Shown one piece after another: positions 28,122 through 36,556 of a DNA stretch of 64,000 bases. A program made the position numbers and the translations under genes. The DNA is taken from positions 1,608 through 65,607 of the forward strand of contig JBGTMH010000059.1 of NCBI GenBank assembly GCA_041743715.1, in the 5' to 3' direction. The DNA is from Patescibacteria group bacterium. Its GTDB lineage: Bacteria; Patescibacteriota; Microgenomatia; Levybacterales; UBA12049. Positions within the stretch are counted from its first letter, which is position 1. Each line of letters starts with the position of its first letter. The notes under the pieces are model-generated. The model was not told the origin of the DNA, did no database searches, and worked only from the letters and a program-made list of their open reading frames with translations.

Positions 28122-28745
28122 TTAATCTTTAACGAAAGCGACAACTCGTACAGGTGCGCCATCGGCTTGTAGTTTTGCTGGCAGGGCTATAATTTCAAAT
28201 TTTTCGATACCAAGTAGTTGGTCTAAGTTGGTTAAATTTTCAAGGATCGTGATACCATTTCGCAGCAATATTTTATGAGTCGTCCATGGTTTATCATAAT
28301 CCGGGCCGGGCGTATCCATACCAACCATTTTTACACCCAACGCAACCATTTCTTGGGCAAAATCTTCTTTCAGTTCAGGGAAGCCTTTGAAGTAAGCGGC
28401 AGTTCGATATTTGATTCCAAAACCTGAGTAGAGGAGAACTATTGCATCTTTTTTTATCGTAATTCCTGTAAGAATGGATGCATCAATTTTCTTTTTGTTT
28501 CGAACATCTATCAAAATACCCTCCCCAAAAAATTTGTCTGGACTTATTTCATCAATTCTTTTACCATGTTGTATCATATGAAATGGAGCATCCATGTGTG
28601 TCCCAGTATGCGTGTTGATCGTTAATTGATGCACGTTTTCAGCACCTTTTTCAAGAAATTCCACCTGCTCAAGTCTGACCCTTGGGTCTCCAGGGTAAAC
28701 CGGCATGTCATCTGTAAACGTATGTGTCAGGTCAATAAATTTCAT
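28122..28745 (-). CDS. Cyclase-family protein / arylformamidase-like (kynurenine formamidase fold)
   Basis: The HTGTHMDAPFH metal-binding signature of the putative-cyclase family. Confidence 0.8.
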   Translation of the reverse strand: MKFIDLTHTFTDDMPVYPGDPRVRLEQVEFLEKGAENVHQLTINTHTGTHMDAPFHMIQHGKRIDEISPDKFFGEGILIDVRNKKKIDASILTGITIKKDAIVLLYSGFGIKYRTAAYFKGFPELKEDFAQEMVALGVKMVGMDTPGPDYDKPWTTHKILLRNGITILENLTNLDQLLGIEKFEIIALPAKLQADGAPVRVVAFVKD

Positions 28746-28749
28746 AAGA

Positions 28750-29292
28750 TTAGATAAAAAATTCAGGTTTTTCGAGCTGGGAAAGAGCCATGATAATTGA
28801 ATACTTTGTAAATTCTTCTCGAGTGAGCCTTTCTCCAGTGAGAACGCCTACGATACCGCCTTTTACAGCACCCAGCTTTTCATGCTGGGTTAGTCCGAGT
28901 TGTTTGAATGCCTGACTTGCGTCGGCTTTATTGCTGAGGATTAAGTCCGTTACTTTTTTTGGCCATTCAAAAGCAGGGGAGAGTCCCAAATAATAATTCT
29001 TGCCATCATAAATTGCGCAGGCCCCAACTTCCATAAAACCACTTTTGCTCAATGGAACTTTCATCAGACCTCCTTCTAAACCAAAGCTATAGTCACAATC
29101 ACTAAAAGCTTTTTTTGCCCGTTCTCTCGCGCCTCGCACTGTTTCTTTCAGATTCTTTGGATGTCCAAATAAGTCGATATCGACATCTACACCTCTAATT
29201 TCTGGTTTGGGGAAAAGCTTTGGATACAATGCAATAGCTTCCTCAACAGCCATCACTTTTGTTTGATTTTTGGATCCAACGTGGATTTTCAT
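28750..29292 (-). CDS. Non-canonical purine NTP phosphatase (YjjX/inosine-xanthosine triphosphatase-like)
   Basis: N-terminal MKIHVGSKNQTKVMAVEEA together with the size and acidic blocks typical of the NTPase_I-T family. Confidence 0.65.
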   Translation of the reverse strand: MKIHVGSKNQTKVMAVEEAIALYPKLFPKPEIRGVDVDIDLFGHPKNLKETVRGARERAKKAFSDCDYSFGLEGGLMKVPLSKSGFMEVGACAIYDGKNYYLGLSPAFEWPKKVTDLILSNKADASQAFKQLGLTQHEKLGAVKGGIVGVLTGERLTREEFTKYSIIMALSQLEKPEFFI

Positions 29293-29322
29293 TAGAAGAA
29301 TTATATCAAAAGCCGAAATACA

Positions 29323-29751
29323 TTATCTCCACAATGAGAATTTTTTCGTAAGTTCTTTTGACTTATTATCCTCAGTAAAGAAGCATATGCCGTAGTATTC
29401 AAGTTCTAATTCTGATGTCTCGCTCGTCCGTTTTTGTTGATCGGCATATGTCCCTTCTATCATTGTATTTGTAAAATCATTAAATGGGATACCTGCTTCA
29501 ATGAGTTTATTTCGTAATGTTCTGATTTGATTGGAGTTGTCACTGGATAGCACAATAAAAGGATTATCTGAAATACTCTTGTGTTTTCCACCATCTTTAT
29601 CTATATACGTATCAAAACGAAGAGAGTCTTTATCAGTAACAAGTGCAGAAAATCCGGCTGCCATATGTGCCAATGCATTCATCGCTTTTCCTGTTTCTAT
29701 TTTTTTATTCAGAACTGCAACAAATCGATGCGTTGTCGGTTGGTAATTCAT
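29323..29751 (-). CDS. DUF2000-like protein
   Basis: FVAVLNKKIETGKAMNALAHMAAGF resembles the conserved N-terminal block of DUF2000. TGGTATAAT lies 7 nt upstream of the ATG. Confidence 0.5.
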   Translation of the reverse strand: MNYQPTTHRFVAVLNKKIETGKAMNALAHMAAGFSALVTDKDSLRFDTYIDKDGGKHKSISDNPFIVLSSDNSNQIRTLRNKLIEAGIPFNDFTNTMIEGTYADQQKRTSETSELELEYYGICFFTEDNKSKELTKKFSLWR

Positions 29752-29811
29752 GAGTTCTATTATACCAAAAATTTCCTTTCACTTTTCACTTTTTTTTGTT
29801 AACATACTTCA

Positions 29812-30612
29812 ATGGTTGAGGAATCTAAATTTACAAGGCTACCTGAGAAATTCTTGGGAGAAATAATGAGCTCTGCGATTCGTGAAGAAGTTTCTGATCA
29901 GATACTTGCTGGTGTTGACTATTTTGATTATCCGGATTTGTTAGTAGATACAGGAGATGATGTATGTCAACGACTGACGGTAATGCCTCAAAATATTGTA
30001 GAGATACATGCTAGTTCTCAAGGAGGTATGTTAGATGATTATACTCAAGATGGTTATCGTCCAAGAACGTATTTAACGTATGAACCAACAGGCGACGAGC
30101 CTGTCATGCTTGTCGGGATTAATAAAGTGGGGCAAGTTCAAGAAGTTATCTATGCGCAAAGAAGCGCCAACGTAGTAGGAACGCCACCGGTGGAAACGAT
30201 ACAAGAAACCTCAGTAACTTTTTTTGGGTTGGATGGGGCAAGAAATTCAAAAGGTACTAAGAGATTGAGATTATACTACGCTCCTGCAAGTGGAAATACT
30301 GAAGTTGGTGATGATGAACTTCCCCCTATGGGAGTATTTGTTGATTTTAGAACATTAGACCGGTCAGGTGTAGTAAAAGCTCGAGTGTATGGGATAGTAG
30401 GATCTGATGTAGGTCAGGAACAATGGTTAGTAAGAGGTTTTCCTGGAAATAGGAAAATATTTCCATTACTCGGAGATCATATCCCACCAGACGGAAGTTT
30501 TGGTTTGATGGTAGACAATTCAATTCTTTTGCCAATAGGAAAGACCACAAATCCGGATTTTTATCAGAGACTTTTTACATGTAGTAGGCGTCTTCTTACA
30601 CACTCAAAATAA
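29812..30612 (+). CDS. Hypothetical protein
   Basis: Clean 266-codon ORF. TGTTAACAT ends 6 nt before the ATG. No motif recognised. Confidence 0.5.
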   Translation: MVEESKFTRLPEKFLGEIMSSAIREEVSDQILAGVDYFDYPDLLVDTGDDVCQRLTVMPQNIVEIHASSQGGMLDDYTQDGYRPRTYLTYEPTGDEPVMLVGINKVGQVQEVIYAQRSANVVGTPPVETIQETSVTFFGLDGARNSKGTKRLRLYYAPASGNTEVGDDELPPMGVFVDFRTLDRSGVVKARVYGIVGSDVGQEQWLVRGFPGNRKIFPLLGDHIPPDGSFGLMVDNSILLPIGKTTNPDFYQRLFTCSRRLLTHSK

Positions 30613-30632
30613 TAAACCATACTTAATTTTGT

Positions 30633-31214
30633 TTATCTCGAAAAGAGTGTTTTGAGGCGTTCATAGTCGGGCATTACTTCTTTGCGGATATCATCGAAGA
30701 AGATTTTATTGTGGTAATCACGCTCTATTTTCTTGAGTGTCCAGCTTTTTATTTCTGTAAGTGTCATCTCTTTTCCTAAGGCCCATGTTGCGAAAAGATA
30801 GAAATCTGTCTTCAGATGAGCTAAAGAGTCTGCAGTTGCTAATATCTTACCTTCTATTGACGCAGGATGTTCGTCATCATTACAACTATGAAAACGGATA
30901 GCGTCATCGACTACGAGTGCAATTTCATCTTTATTAAATCCAGCTTCATGCAAAAGCGCTCTTGCCATTTGTAAGCTTATTTCCCCGTGCTTCTTATCAC
31001 TCCGTTTTGTATTGACATCCGCAATATCATGAAGCAGAGCAGCTGCTTTGGCAAGTTCTACATGAGCATTATATTTTTTAGCCAACTCATTTGCATAATC
31101 TGCAACGACAAGTACATGATTATCTAGAAGCCAATCAGCCCAGTCTGCACGGTTTGGATTTTTTTCTTGATAAAGAGATTTTACTTTTTCTTCAAGCTTA
31201 TTTAGTCTATTCAT
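30633..31214 (-). CDS. HD-domain phosphohydrolase
   Basis: An H...HD signature (NHVLVVADYANE...AALLHDIADV). Confidence 0.8.
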   Translation of the reverse strand: MNRLNKLEEKVKSLYQEKNPNRADWADWLLDNHVLVVADYANELAKKYNAHVELAKAAALLHDIADVNTKRSDKKHGEISLQMARALLHEAGFNKDEIALVVDDAIRFHSCNDDEHPASIEGKILATADSLAHLKTDFYLFATWALGKEMTLTEIKSWTLKKIERDYHNKIFFDDIRKEVMPDYERLKTLFSR

Positions 31215-31233
31215 TTAAAGCTATTATAACAAA

Positions 31234-32247
31234 TTATAGTGAAGCTTGTTCAGTGGACAGATTGCATTTCCAGTAGCAAAAAGCCACTTTACTAATGATA
31301 TCATCTTGCATAAGAAATCCCCATTCACGGGAATCCGAACTAAAAGGACGGTTATCTCCCAATACTATATATTTTCCAGCAGGGATTGTAACTGGTTCGT
31401 TTTCTCTCAAAAAGCTGCCTCCATACGTCAGTACATCCCGGCTGAGGTAGGCTTGTTCATCAAGCTTTGATCCATTTACATACACAAATCCTTCTTTAAG
31501 AATGACGGTATCTCCGGGAAGACCTATGATCCTTTTGATAAAGTTTTTACTCCCGTCCATTGGCGCCTTATGAACGATCACGTCACCTCTTGTCAGGACA
31601 CCATAGTGCTTACTGGTAATATAATATTGCCCTGTTATGTAGTTTGGATCCATTGCGTTCCCGCTAATTTGAAACGGACGGAAGAGATAGACATAGATAA
31701 TAAGAAATACACAGGCAATGGTTCCGGGATTAAAAAGAACGAGTATCCAGAAGGCTTGTTTGCGGTTTCTTGTCACTATCTCATTACTGCCAGATGGGGT
31801 AAGTTTTCCTGTTTTATCGAGTTTGACAACAAACGTATCCGCGAGTTTGTCATGCCACGTCTGGTTCTTTTTATCTATCAGCATCCAGAGATTTCCTAAT
31901 CCAAATGCAAGTGTTGATATATCTTTCGCTATGCTTTCACGAAGTAATGCATGTCAAAATCCGACAGGTTCATACTTGGAAGATACAACTTTTAGTTTGA
32001 GCAACATTTTGCCAGGTGTTGCTCCCTTGATCCAAACAAAAATCGTTCCATAAAGAGAGGCGAATATATAGTTCATAAATGGTATTTGGATATGAAGAGA
32101 TTCCAAGAGTGCCGATAATATATAGTATAAGACCAAGACTATTATCAAATCGATAAGAAAAGCCACAAATCTTTCAAGAAAACTAGCTTTCTTGTAGGCT
32201 GTATGATTCGTATTGATGGATGGGGATTGTGTTTGCTGATTCGGCAT
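31234..32247 (-). pseudogene. RDD-domain / signal peptidase I fusion, interrupted by one in-frame TGA (31956-31954)
   Basis: ORFs 31954-32247 and 31234-31884 share one frame. Reading through the TGA gives a continuous RDD domain (...KYEPVGF*HALLRESIAKDISTLAFGLGNLWMLIDKKNQTWHDKLADTFVV). Next come a TM helix and SPase I boxes (KRIIGLPGDTV, GDNRPFSSDSREWGF). Box B reads ISGNAMDP where S-M is expected. Confidence 0.6.
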
Positions 32248-32310
32248 CTCTTTAGATCTAGTATTACAGCTCAGATTACTGAAGTCAACGTCGATGAGTA
32301 TATATGATGA

Positions 32311-32550
32311 TTATTTTCGTGTGGATTTGCTTTTGCCCCAGGTTATTCTATTCCAGACTCTTTCATGGAAATAATAAAAAAGGAGTTTTAACAATCCATC
32401 TATGCCTCCTACAGTTAACGCAAGCTCCCATCTATGAGTGAAAAATAAGACAAGAAGGGTAGTAGTCAGCGTTGCAATAATTCTCCAGCTGATAGTTTTT
32501 ACAATACTTCTGATTCTTTTTTCTTTCATGAGATGTGTCAGTAATCTCAA
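32311..32550 (-). CDS. DUF2061 small membrane protein
   Basis: KTISWRIIATLTT...YYFHERVWNRITWG matches the DUF2061 pattern. Confidence 0.7.
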   Translation of the reverse strand: MRLLTHLMKEKRIRSIVKTISWRIIATLTTTLLVLFFTHRWELALTVGGIDGLLKLLFYYFHERVWNRITWGKSKSTRK

Positions 32551-32574
32551 CGATAAAGTATTCAGTTAGTTGTG

Positions 32575-33912
32575 TCAAGATTTGGGGTTCGCTTGGAAGA
32601 TTATTATTGGTTGGGTTGGTGAGAATTTACGGTGAGGTTTATGGCTCTTTCGCAAGAACAAGTTTTTCATCCACTTCGAATGATACATTGTTTTTATTCC
32701 AGCTTGGCTCAATATAAAGAGAATGAAAGTAATACCGAGTGCGGGAAGCAGAATGATAAGTAGTTGTAGAGTTTGTATAACTGCCAGAAGATACTCTCCA
32801 TATCCAACACTTTCAGCCATTGTTTGTATTTGGATTATTGCTGAATCTTTGGCAGTTAGATACATTTGTGGCAAATTTACTAGCATGAGAATCAAGAAAA
32901 AGGCAAGAAGCGGTATGGTAAGCAGTATCCAGCTACTCACAACCCATCGTGCCCAGGGTTTGAGGTCTTTGACAGCATTTTTTTCTTGACCTGGCATGAG
33001 GCTTTTGAGGAGCGGTTTAATCCTAGTAAAAAGATCAGGGATGCCGATAATGTCTGACACGATAAAATATCCATCCAAACGCACAAACGGCATCAGCTGA
33101 TGGAGGATTTCCATATCCTGTATGAAAATAAGCAAGAGAAGTGGTTCAAATTGTGTGAGGAAATAGACACCTGTGATAAAGAGCGCAAAGACAGCATTGA
33201 AGTAAATACCACCGACATCAGTACGGAGTTTGGCAACTCTATTCAGTCGATACACATCAGTGACATCAGTAAAAAAAGCCGGCCAGATAAGATACATACC
33301 ACATCCAATTCGACCAGGTTTGCTACCGCCATATTTACATGCAGCGGCATGACCTATTTCATGAAAAAGTGTCGACAGCAGTAATAATCCGATAATCAGA
33401 AGGAAGGAAAAGGGTTGATTATACATCTGATCAAAAGCTGTGTTGACGCCATGTATCGCAAACGCCCAGATATTTACTGCTATAAATCCTACTATGACAG
33501 CGATCATAACTGGCGGATAAAAGAGTGGACGAAAGATGTTTGCTACGATGTTAGAAGTCCACTCATTCATGAATGTGAAGCGGTATTTGAGCCCAAGTAA
33601 CATATCTGGAGCTTTTCTTATGACCTTTTCTGTACGTGAATTGCTGTCAGTTATGATTCCCAAAGGCATAAGTTTTTCTTTAATAAGAAATGCAATAGCT
33701 TGAACTCCTACTTCTTTTTTCTCCAAATTGCTGACTTTTGATGCAACAACGGTCAAATCTGTATCGTGTTTGAGTGCAGCAACAGTGTGGAATAAGAGTC
33801 CTGTTAACTGGATATAATTTTTGTCTGGGGTTCTGATGAGGTAAGTCGGTCTTTTATACCCTGAATCTTTTGCCCGACCGATAATTTCAATGTCTGGGAT
33901 GAGAGTATACAT
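32575..33912 (-). CDS. Polytopic membrane zinc-metalloprotease-like protein (HExxH; M50-like 'peptide zinc metalloprotease' type) with N-terminal soluble domain
   Basis: LFHEIGHAAACKYGG (HExxH) sits in a TM helix. Downstream is DVTDVYRL...LRTDVGGIYFN and at least 8 TM helices. The N-terminal ~130 aa are non-membrane. Confidence 0.7.
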   Translation of the reverse strand: MYTLIPDIEIIGRAKDSGYKRPTYLIRTPDKNYIQLTGLLFHTVAALKHDTDLTVVASKVSNLEKKEVGVQAIAFLIKEKLMPLGIITDSNSRTEKVIRKAPDMLLGLKYRFTFMNEWTSNIVANIFRPLFYPPVMIAVIVGFIAVNIWAFAIHGVNTAFDQMYNQPFSFLLIIGLLLLSTLFHEIGHAAACKYGGSKPGRIGCGMYLIWPAFFTDVTDVYRLNRVAKLRTDVGGIYFNAVFALFITGVYFLTQFEPLLLLIFIQDMEILHQLMPFVRLDGYFIVSDIIGIPDLFTRIKPLLKSLMPGQEKNAVKDLKPWARWVVSSWILLTIPLLAFFLILMLVNLPQMYLTAKDSAIIQIQTMAESVGYGEYLLAVIQTLQLLIILLPALGITFILFILSQAGIKTMYHSKWMKNLFLRKSHKPHRKFSPTQPIIIFQANPKS

Positions 33913-33947
33913 AAAATGTGAATTATTGTTTTGTTTTTAAATAGGCA

Positions 33948-33986
33948 ATACGAGGGCGAAAAGTGTGGACTTATCCGCCCTCGTAT
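33948..33986 (-). terminator. Perfect 11-bp-stem hairpin between the peptide gene and the protease gene (attenuator/partial terminator candidate)
   Basis: ATACGAGGGCG at 33948-33958 pairs with CGCCCTCGTAT at 33976-33986, with a 17-nt loop. On the minus strand it is followed by TGCCTATTTAAAAA. Confidence 0.5.
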
Positions 33987-34000
33987 ATCAAAAACTCACC

Positions 34001-34288
34001 TTAATCGCACCACTTATCGTTGTAATTATTTTGTGGTTGATCGTACCAATAGTTGCTCGACTGCTGATACTGTGGCTCACAGTACTGTGGACTGTAATCC
34101 TGTGGTGGACAGTATTGTGTTTGTTGATAGCAATCAACGGCTTGCCAATTACAATCATATGACGCATAAGCCGAAGCACCTTGTATAACGCTCAATTCTT
34201 CGCGACTTGGTAATAGGGTAGCGCTTTCATTTAATAAATCCTCTTGAGAAAGCATACCTTTTGTTGAAAATATAGTTGTACCTACCAT
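34001..34288 (-). CDS. Candidate secreted/modified peptide precursor: double-glycine-type leader plus a Cys/Tyr/Gln-rich 57-aa core
   Basis: GGAGGTG (34300-34294) lies 5 nt upstream of the ATG. The leader ends ...LPSREELSVIQGA. The core is SAYASYDCNWQAVDCYQQTQYCPPQDYSPQYCEPQYQQSSNYWYDQPQNNYNDKWCD. Confidence 0.6.
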   Translation of the reverse strand: MVGTTIFSTKGMLSQEDLLNESATLLPSREELSVIQGASAYASYDCNWQAVDCYQQTQYCPPQDYSPQYCEPQYQQSSNYWYDQPQNNYNDKWCD

Positions 34289-34420
34289 TTACTCACCTCC
34301 TTTCTTACCATGCTAGAAATGTAACAGGGAAAAATAATAATTTCACAAGAATTATGTAAGAAGTCCATAGTAGTTAACTATGAGTACGAATTGTTGAACC
34401 TATGCATATGCTTTTTCTAC

Positions 34421-34457
34421 ATAGGGTAGGGGTCAGTATTATGTTTGAACTTATTAT
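34421..34457 (+). repeat. Intergenic repeat family, copy g
   Basis: ATAGGGTAGGGGTCAGTATTATGTTTGAACTTATTAT, compared with the consensus AGCAGGGGCTGAGCAACTATGTTGGAACTTATTAT. Confidence 0.6.
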
Positions 34458-34780
34458 AGTAACTCAAACCAAATAATTTTTACAAGAGTTTGAGAAGTTA
34501 CTTCTTTTTTGTAGTATTTTGTATAAGTCTTATATATCTGTTCGATAGTCACAAAGTGTTCATGTCCTTTTTTATCTTCATCCGTTAGTTTTCCAAATGG
34601 CTTTTCTATAACTTTGGTGAGCTTTCCAGTCGCAAAATGTGTTGCGGTTCTATACTCGATAAAATCGACACTATCTCCAACAACTAAATCTTTATCATCC
34701 CACAGTCGCCATGTAGATATTTTTTCGTGGGAAAGGATAAGTGGTACTAACTCTTGAGCAAATTTTATTTTTTTATTCAT
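34454..34780 (-). CDS. ASCH-domain protein (PUA-like fold)
   Basis: FAQELVPLILSHEKISTWRLWDDKDLVVGDSVDF is a typical ASCH N-terminal block. The start is set at ATG 34780, with TGATATAAT 8 nt upstream. Confidence 0.7.
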   Translation of the reverse strand: MNKKIKFAQELVPLILSHEKISTWRLWDDKDLVVGDSVDFIEYRTATHFATGKLTKVIEKPFGKLTDEDKKGHEHFVTIEQIYKTYTKYYKKEVTSQTLVKIIWFELL

Positions 34781-34807
34781 CAATTGGAATTATATCAGAG
34801 TCCGATT

Positions 34808-34838
34808 CTCCCTCGATTGCTTAGTTTGAAGTATTATT
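34808..34838 (+). repeat. Intergenic repeat family, copy h (diverged)
   Basis: CTCCCTCGATTGCTTAGTTTGAAGTATTATT. Confidence 0.45.
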
Positions 34839-36336
34839 GAGAATTTTCTAAAAGCATTTTTGCTTGTTCGTAATTTATAACCCAACTGGTGTGGAGGATG
34901 CTTCGATAGAAGAGTGTTTGGTATAAATTGCCTTGTTTGTCATAGAGTTCTGGATACCCGCCGTTCTTTTCTATATTAGTTCTATAAGCTGAAAGATGTG
35001 TGCTTGCCAACTTTTTATACTGTGGTTGATCTACGGATAAGAGAATGAGGGCTTTAATATACTCAATACCCCAGTGACTCCAAATAGTTTCTCCCGTGTA
35101 GGAGGTAGCAAACGTTTTCACCGGTGTATAAAGTTTGTCCACGTGATCGGTTTTTGCATAAAAGAGTGGGAAAGGCTCTGATAATCCGTTTGCTTCGACA
35201 TACGTTATCATTTTTTGGAGTTTTCTTTTGTCTTCATCGTTACTTACTGTAAAAAATCCGCTGCCGAGGACGATAAATGAGTCACCTGAGAAGATTTTAG
35301 AATCACGTGATTCAGTAGAGAGATCATCGAGAAAAATACCTGACTTCTCATCCCAAAAGGTTTTTGTAATATTATTTTTCCATGCAACAAAATCACATGT
35401 GTCATCCAAAGTGTAAAGAGACGGACAAGTAACTGCAATATCCAAATCCCGGGCAAATTTTATTGTAGACCAGAGAATCACATTGTCATAAAAAGATGAT
35501 TCTCTTTTTATACCGTCTCTTGCGCTCGAGAGCGTAATGTCTTTTTTTATAAATCCTGTTTTTTGATCTATTGCTGCTTGGTGGTAATCGTTAATAGCTT
35601 TTTGTAAAGAAGACGTATGCTCTTTGAGGAGTTCATCCGCTGCTTTTTGTGTCTTGAGTGGATATTTTTGCGGTGTTTTAGCCGGGAACAAGGTGTGAAT
35701 AAATGAATCATCCTTGAGTGCAGAAAGAGCATAGAGTACGCCAAATAATGAATCTGAAGGGTCCGTGAATACATTGGCTGCTGAGTATGTCGTATGTATT
35801 ATTGGTATGAATGTTGTGTATTCTTTTTCGGTTTGTTTGAGTAGTTCAAGATTGAGCGCTAAGCCTTGAAGATAAATTTTTTGTCGATTCAACCAATCTT
35901 CCTCGGAGGTCCGTAGACGATTATCCATTACCGCGTTATAAAATATACCTAAATTACGGACATAAATATCTGCAAATTGGGCTCCCGAAATAATGTATGG
36001 CCGCTGCGGATTAAATCCTTTTTTGTGAATGGAAGTAATAATTTCATCCTCAGTGCCATTAAAAGGTCTTTCAGGGAAAAGTGCAAATAAAACAAGACGT
36101 GTGCCCTTATTTAATTCTGCAAATTTTTGGGCAAAAAGATTCTGGGTAAAGTGAACTGGGTACTGCTGTTGTAAGGTGATTGCACCTGTTTTATCAACAG
36201 ACGCATGAAATGGTTTCTCAATAACTGTTGGTGTCCCATATGGGTTAGTAATAGTTGCCAGGAGAAGGAGCATGCCGATGAGTGTGGCTAAAATGATAAG
36301 AGGGACAAAAATCTTTTTCAATTGTGCTCGCTGCAT
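34834..36336 (-). CDS. Hypothetical membrane-anchored protein, possibly an (alpha/alpha)6-barrel glycosidase-like fold
   Basis: N-terminal TM helix. The C-terminal GGYPELYD...SILHTSWVINYEQA resembles the ends of six-hairpin glycosidases. The assignment is weak. Confidence 0.45.
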   Translation of the reverse strand: MQRAQLKKIFVPLIILATLIGMLLLLATITNPYGTPTVIEKPFHASVDKTGAITLQQQYPVHFTQNLFAQKFAELNKGTRLVLFALFPERPFNGTEDEIITSIHKKGFNPQRPYIISGAQFADIYVRNLGIFYNAVMDNRLRTSEEDWLNRQKIYLQGLALNLELLKQTEKEYTTFIPIIHTTYSAANVFTDPSDSLFGVLYALSALKDDSFIHTLFPAKTPQKYPLKTQKAADELLKEHTSSLQKAINDYHQAAIDQKTGFIKKDITLSSARDGIKRESSFYDNVILWSTIKFARDLDIAVTCPSLYTLDDTCDFVAWKNNITKTFWDEKSGIFLDDLSTESRDSKIFSGDSFIVLGSGFFTVSNDEDKRKLQKMITYVEANGLSEPFPLFYAKTDHVDKLYTPVKTFATSYTGETIWSHWGIEYIKALILLSVDQPQYKKLASTHLSAYRTNIEKNGGYPELYDKQGNLYQTLFYRSILHTSWVINYEQAKMLLENSQ

Positions 36337-36556
36337 TGTAGGTAATGCAAGTAGTTTAACATAAAAGAATCTGAAAATGATTGGAAAATTGCGTAGAGGT
36401 TATGTATCTTTAAAGTCCAGCTATGCTACGACTAGTGGAACAACAGTCGTTGTTCGTATAACCGCAACGCAGATATATATGGTAAAATGGCCTTCTTACA
36501 TATTTGGAGCTTCGTTCTTACTATTACAAGATACTTTTCTTAGAGAATACATAGGT

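Noticed and set aside
31954-31956. Alternative genetic code (UGA=Gly code 25, or UGA=Trp code 4) as the explanation for the in-frame TGA
   Set aside because: TGA terminates other well-supported genes in the window (for example 2426-2428 and 3499-3501). ORFs are not generally fragmented at TGA. A local nonsense mutation or readthrough is more likely.
33931-34188. Three extra ORFs overlapping the peptide-core region on both strands
   Set aside because: The Tyr/Gln/Cys-rich core uses a narrow codon set that removes stops from several frames. Only the minus-strand frame at 34001-34288 has an SD, an ATG and a leader-like N-terminus.
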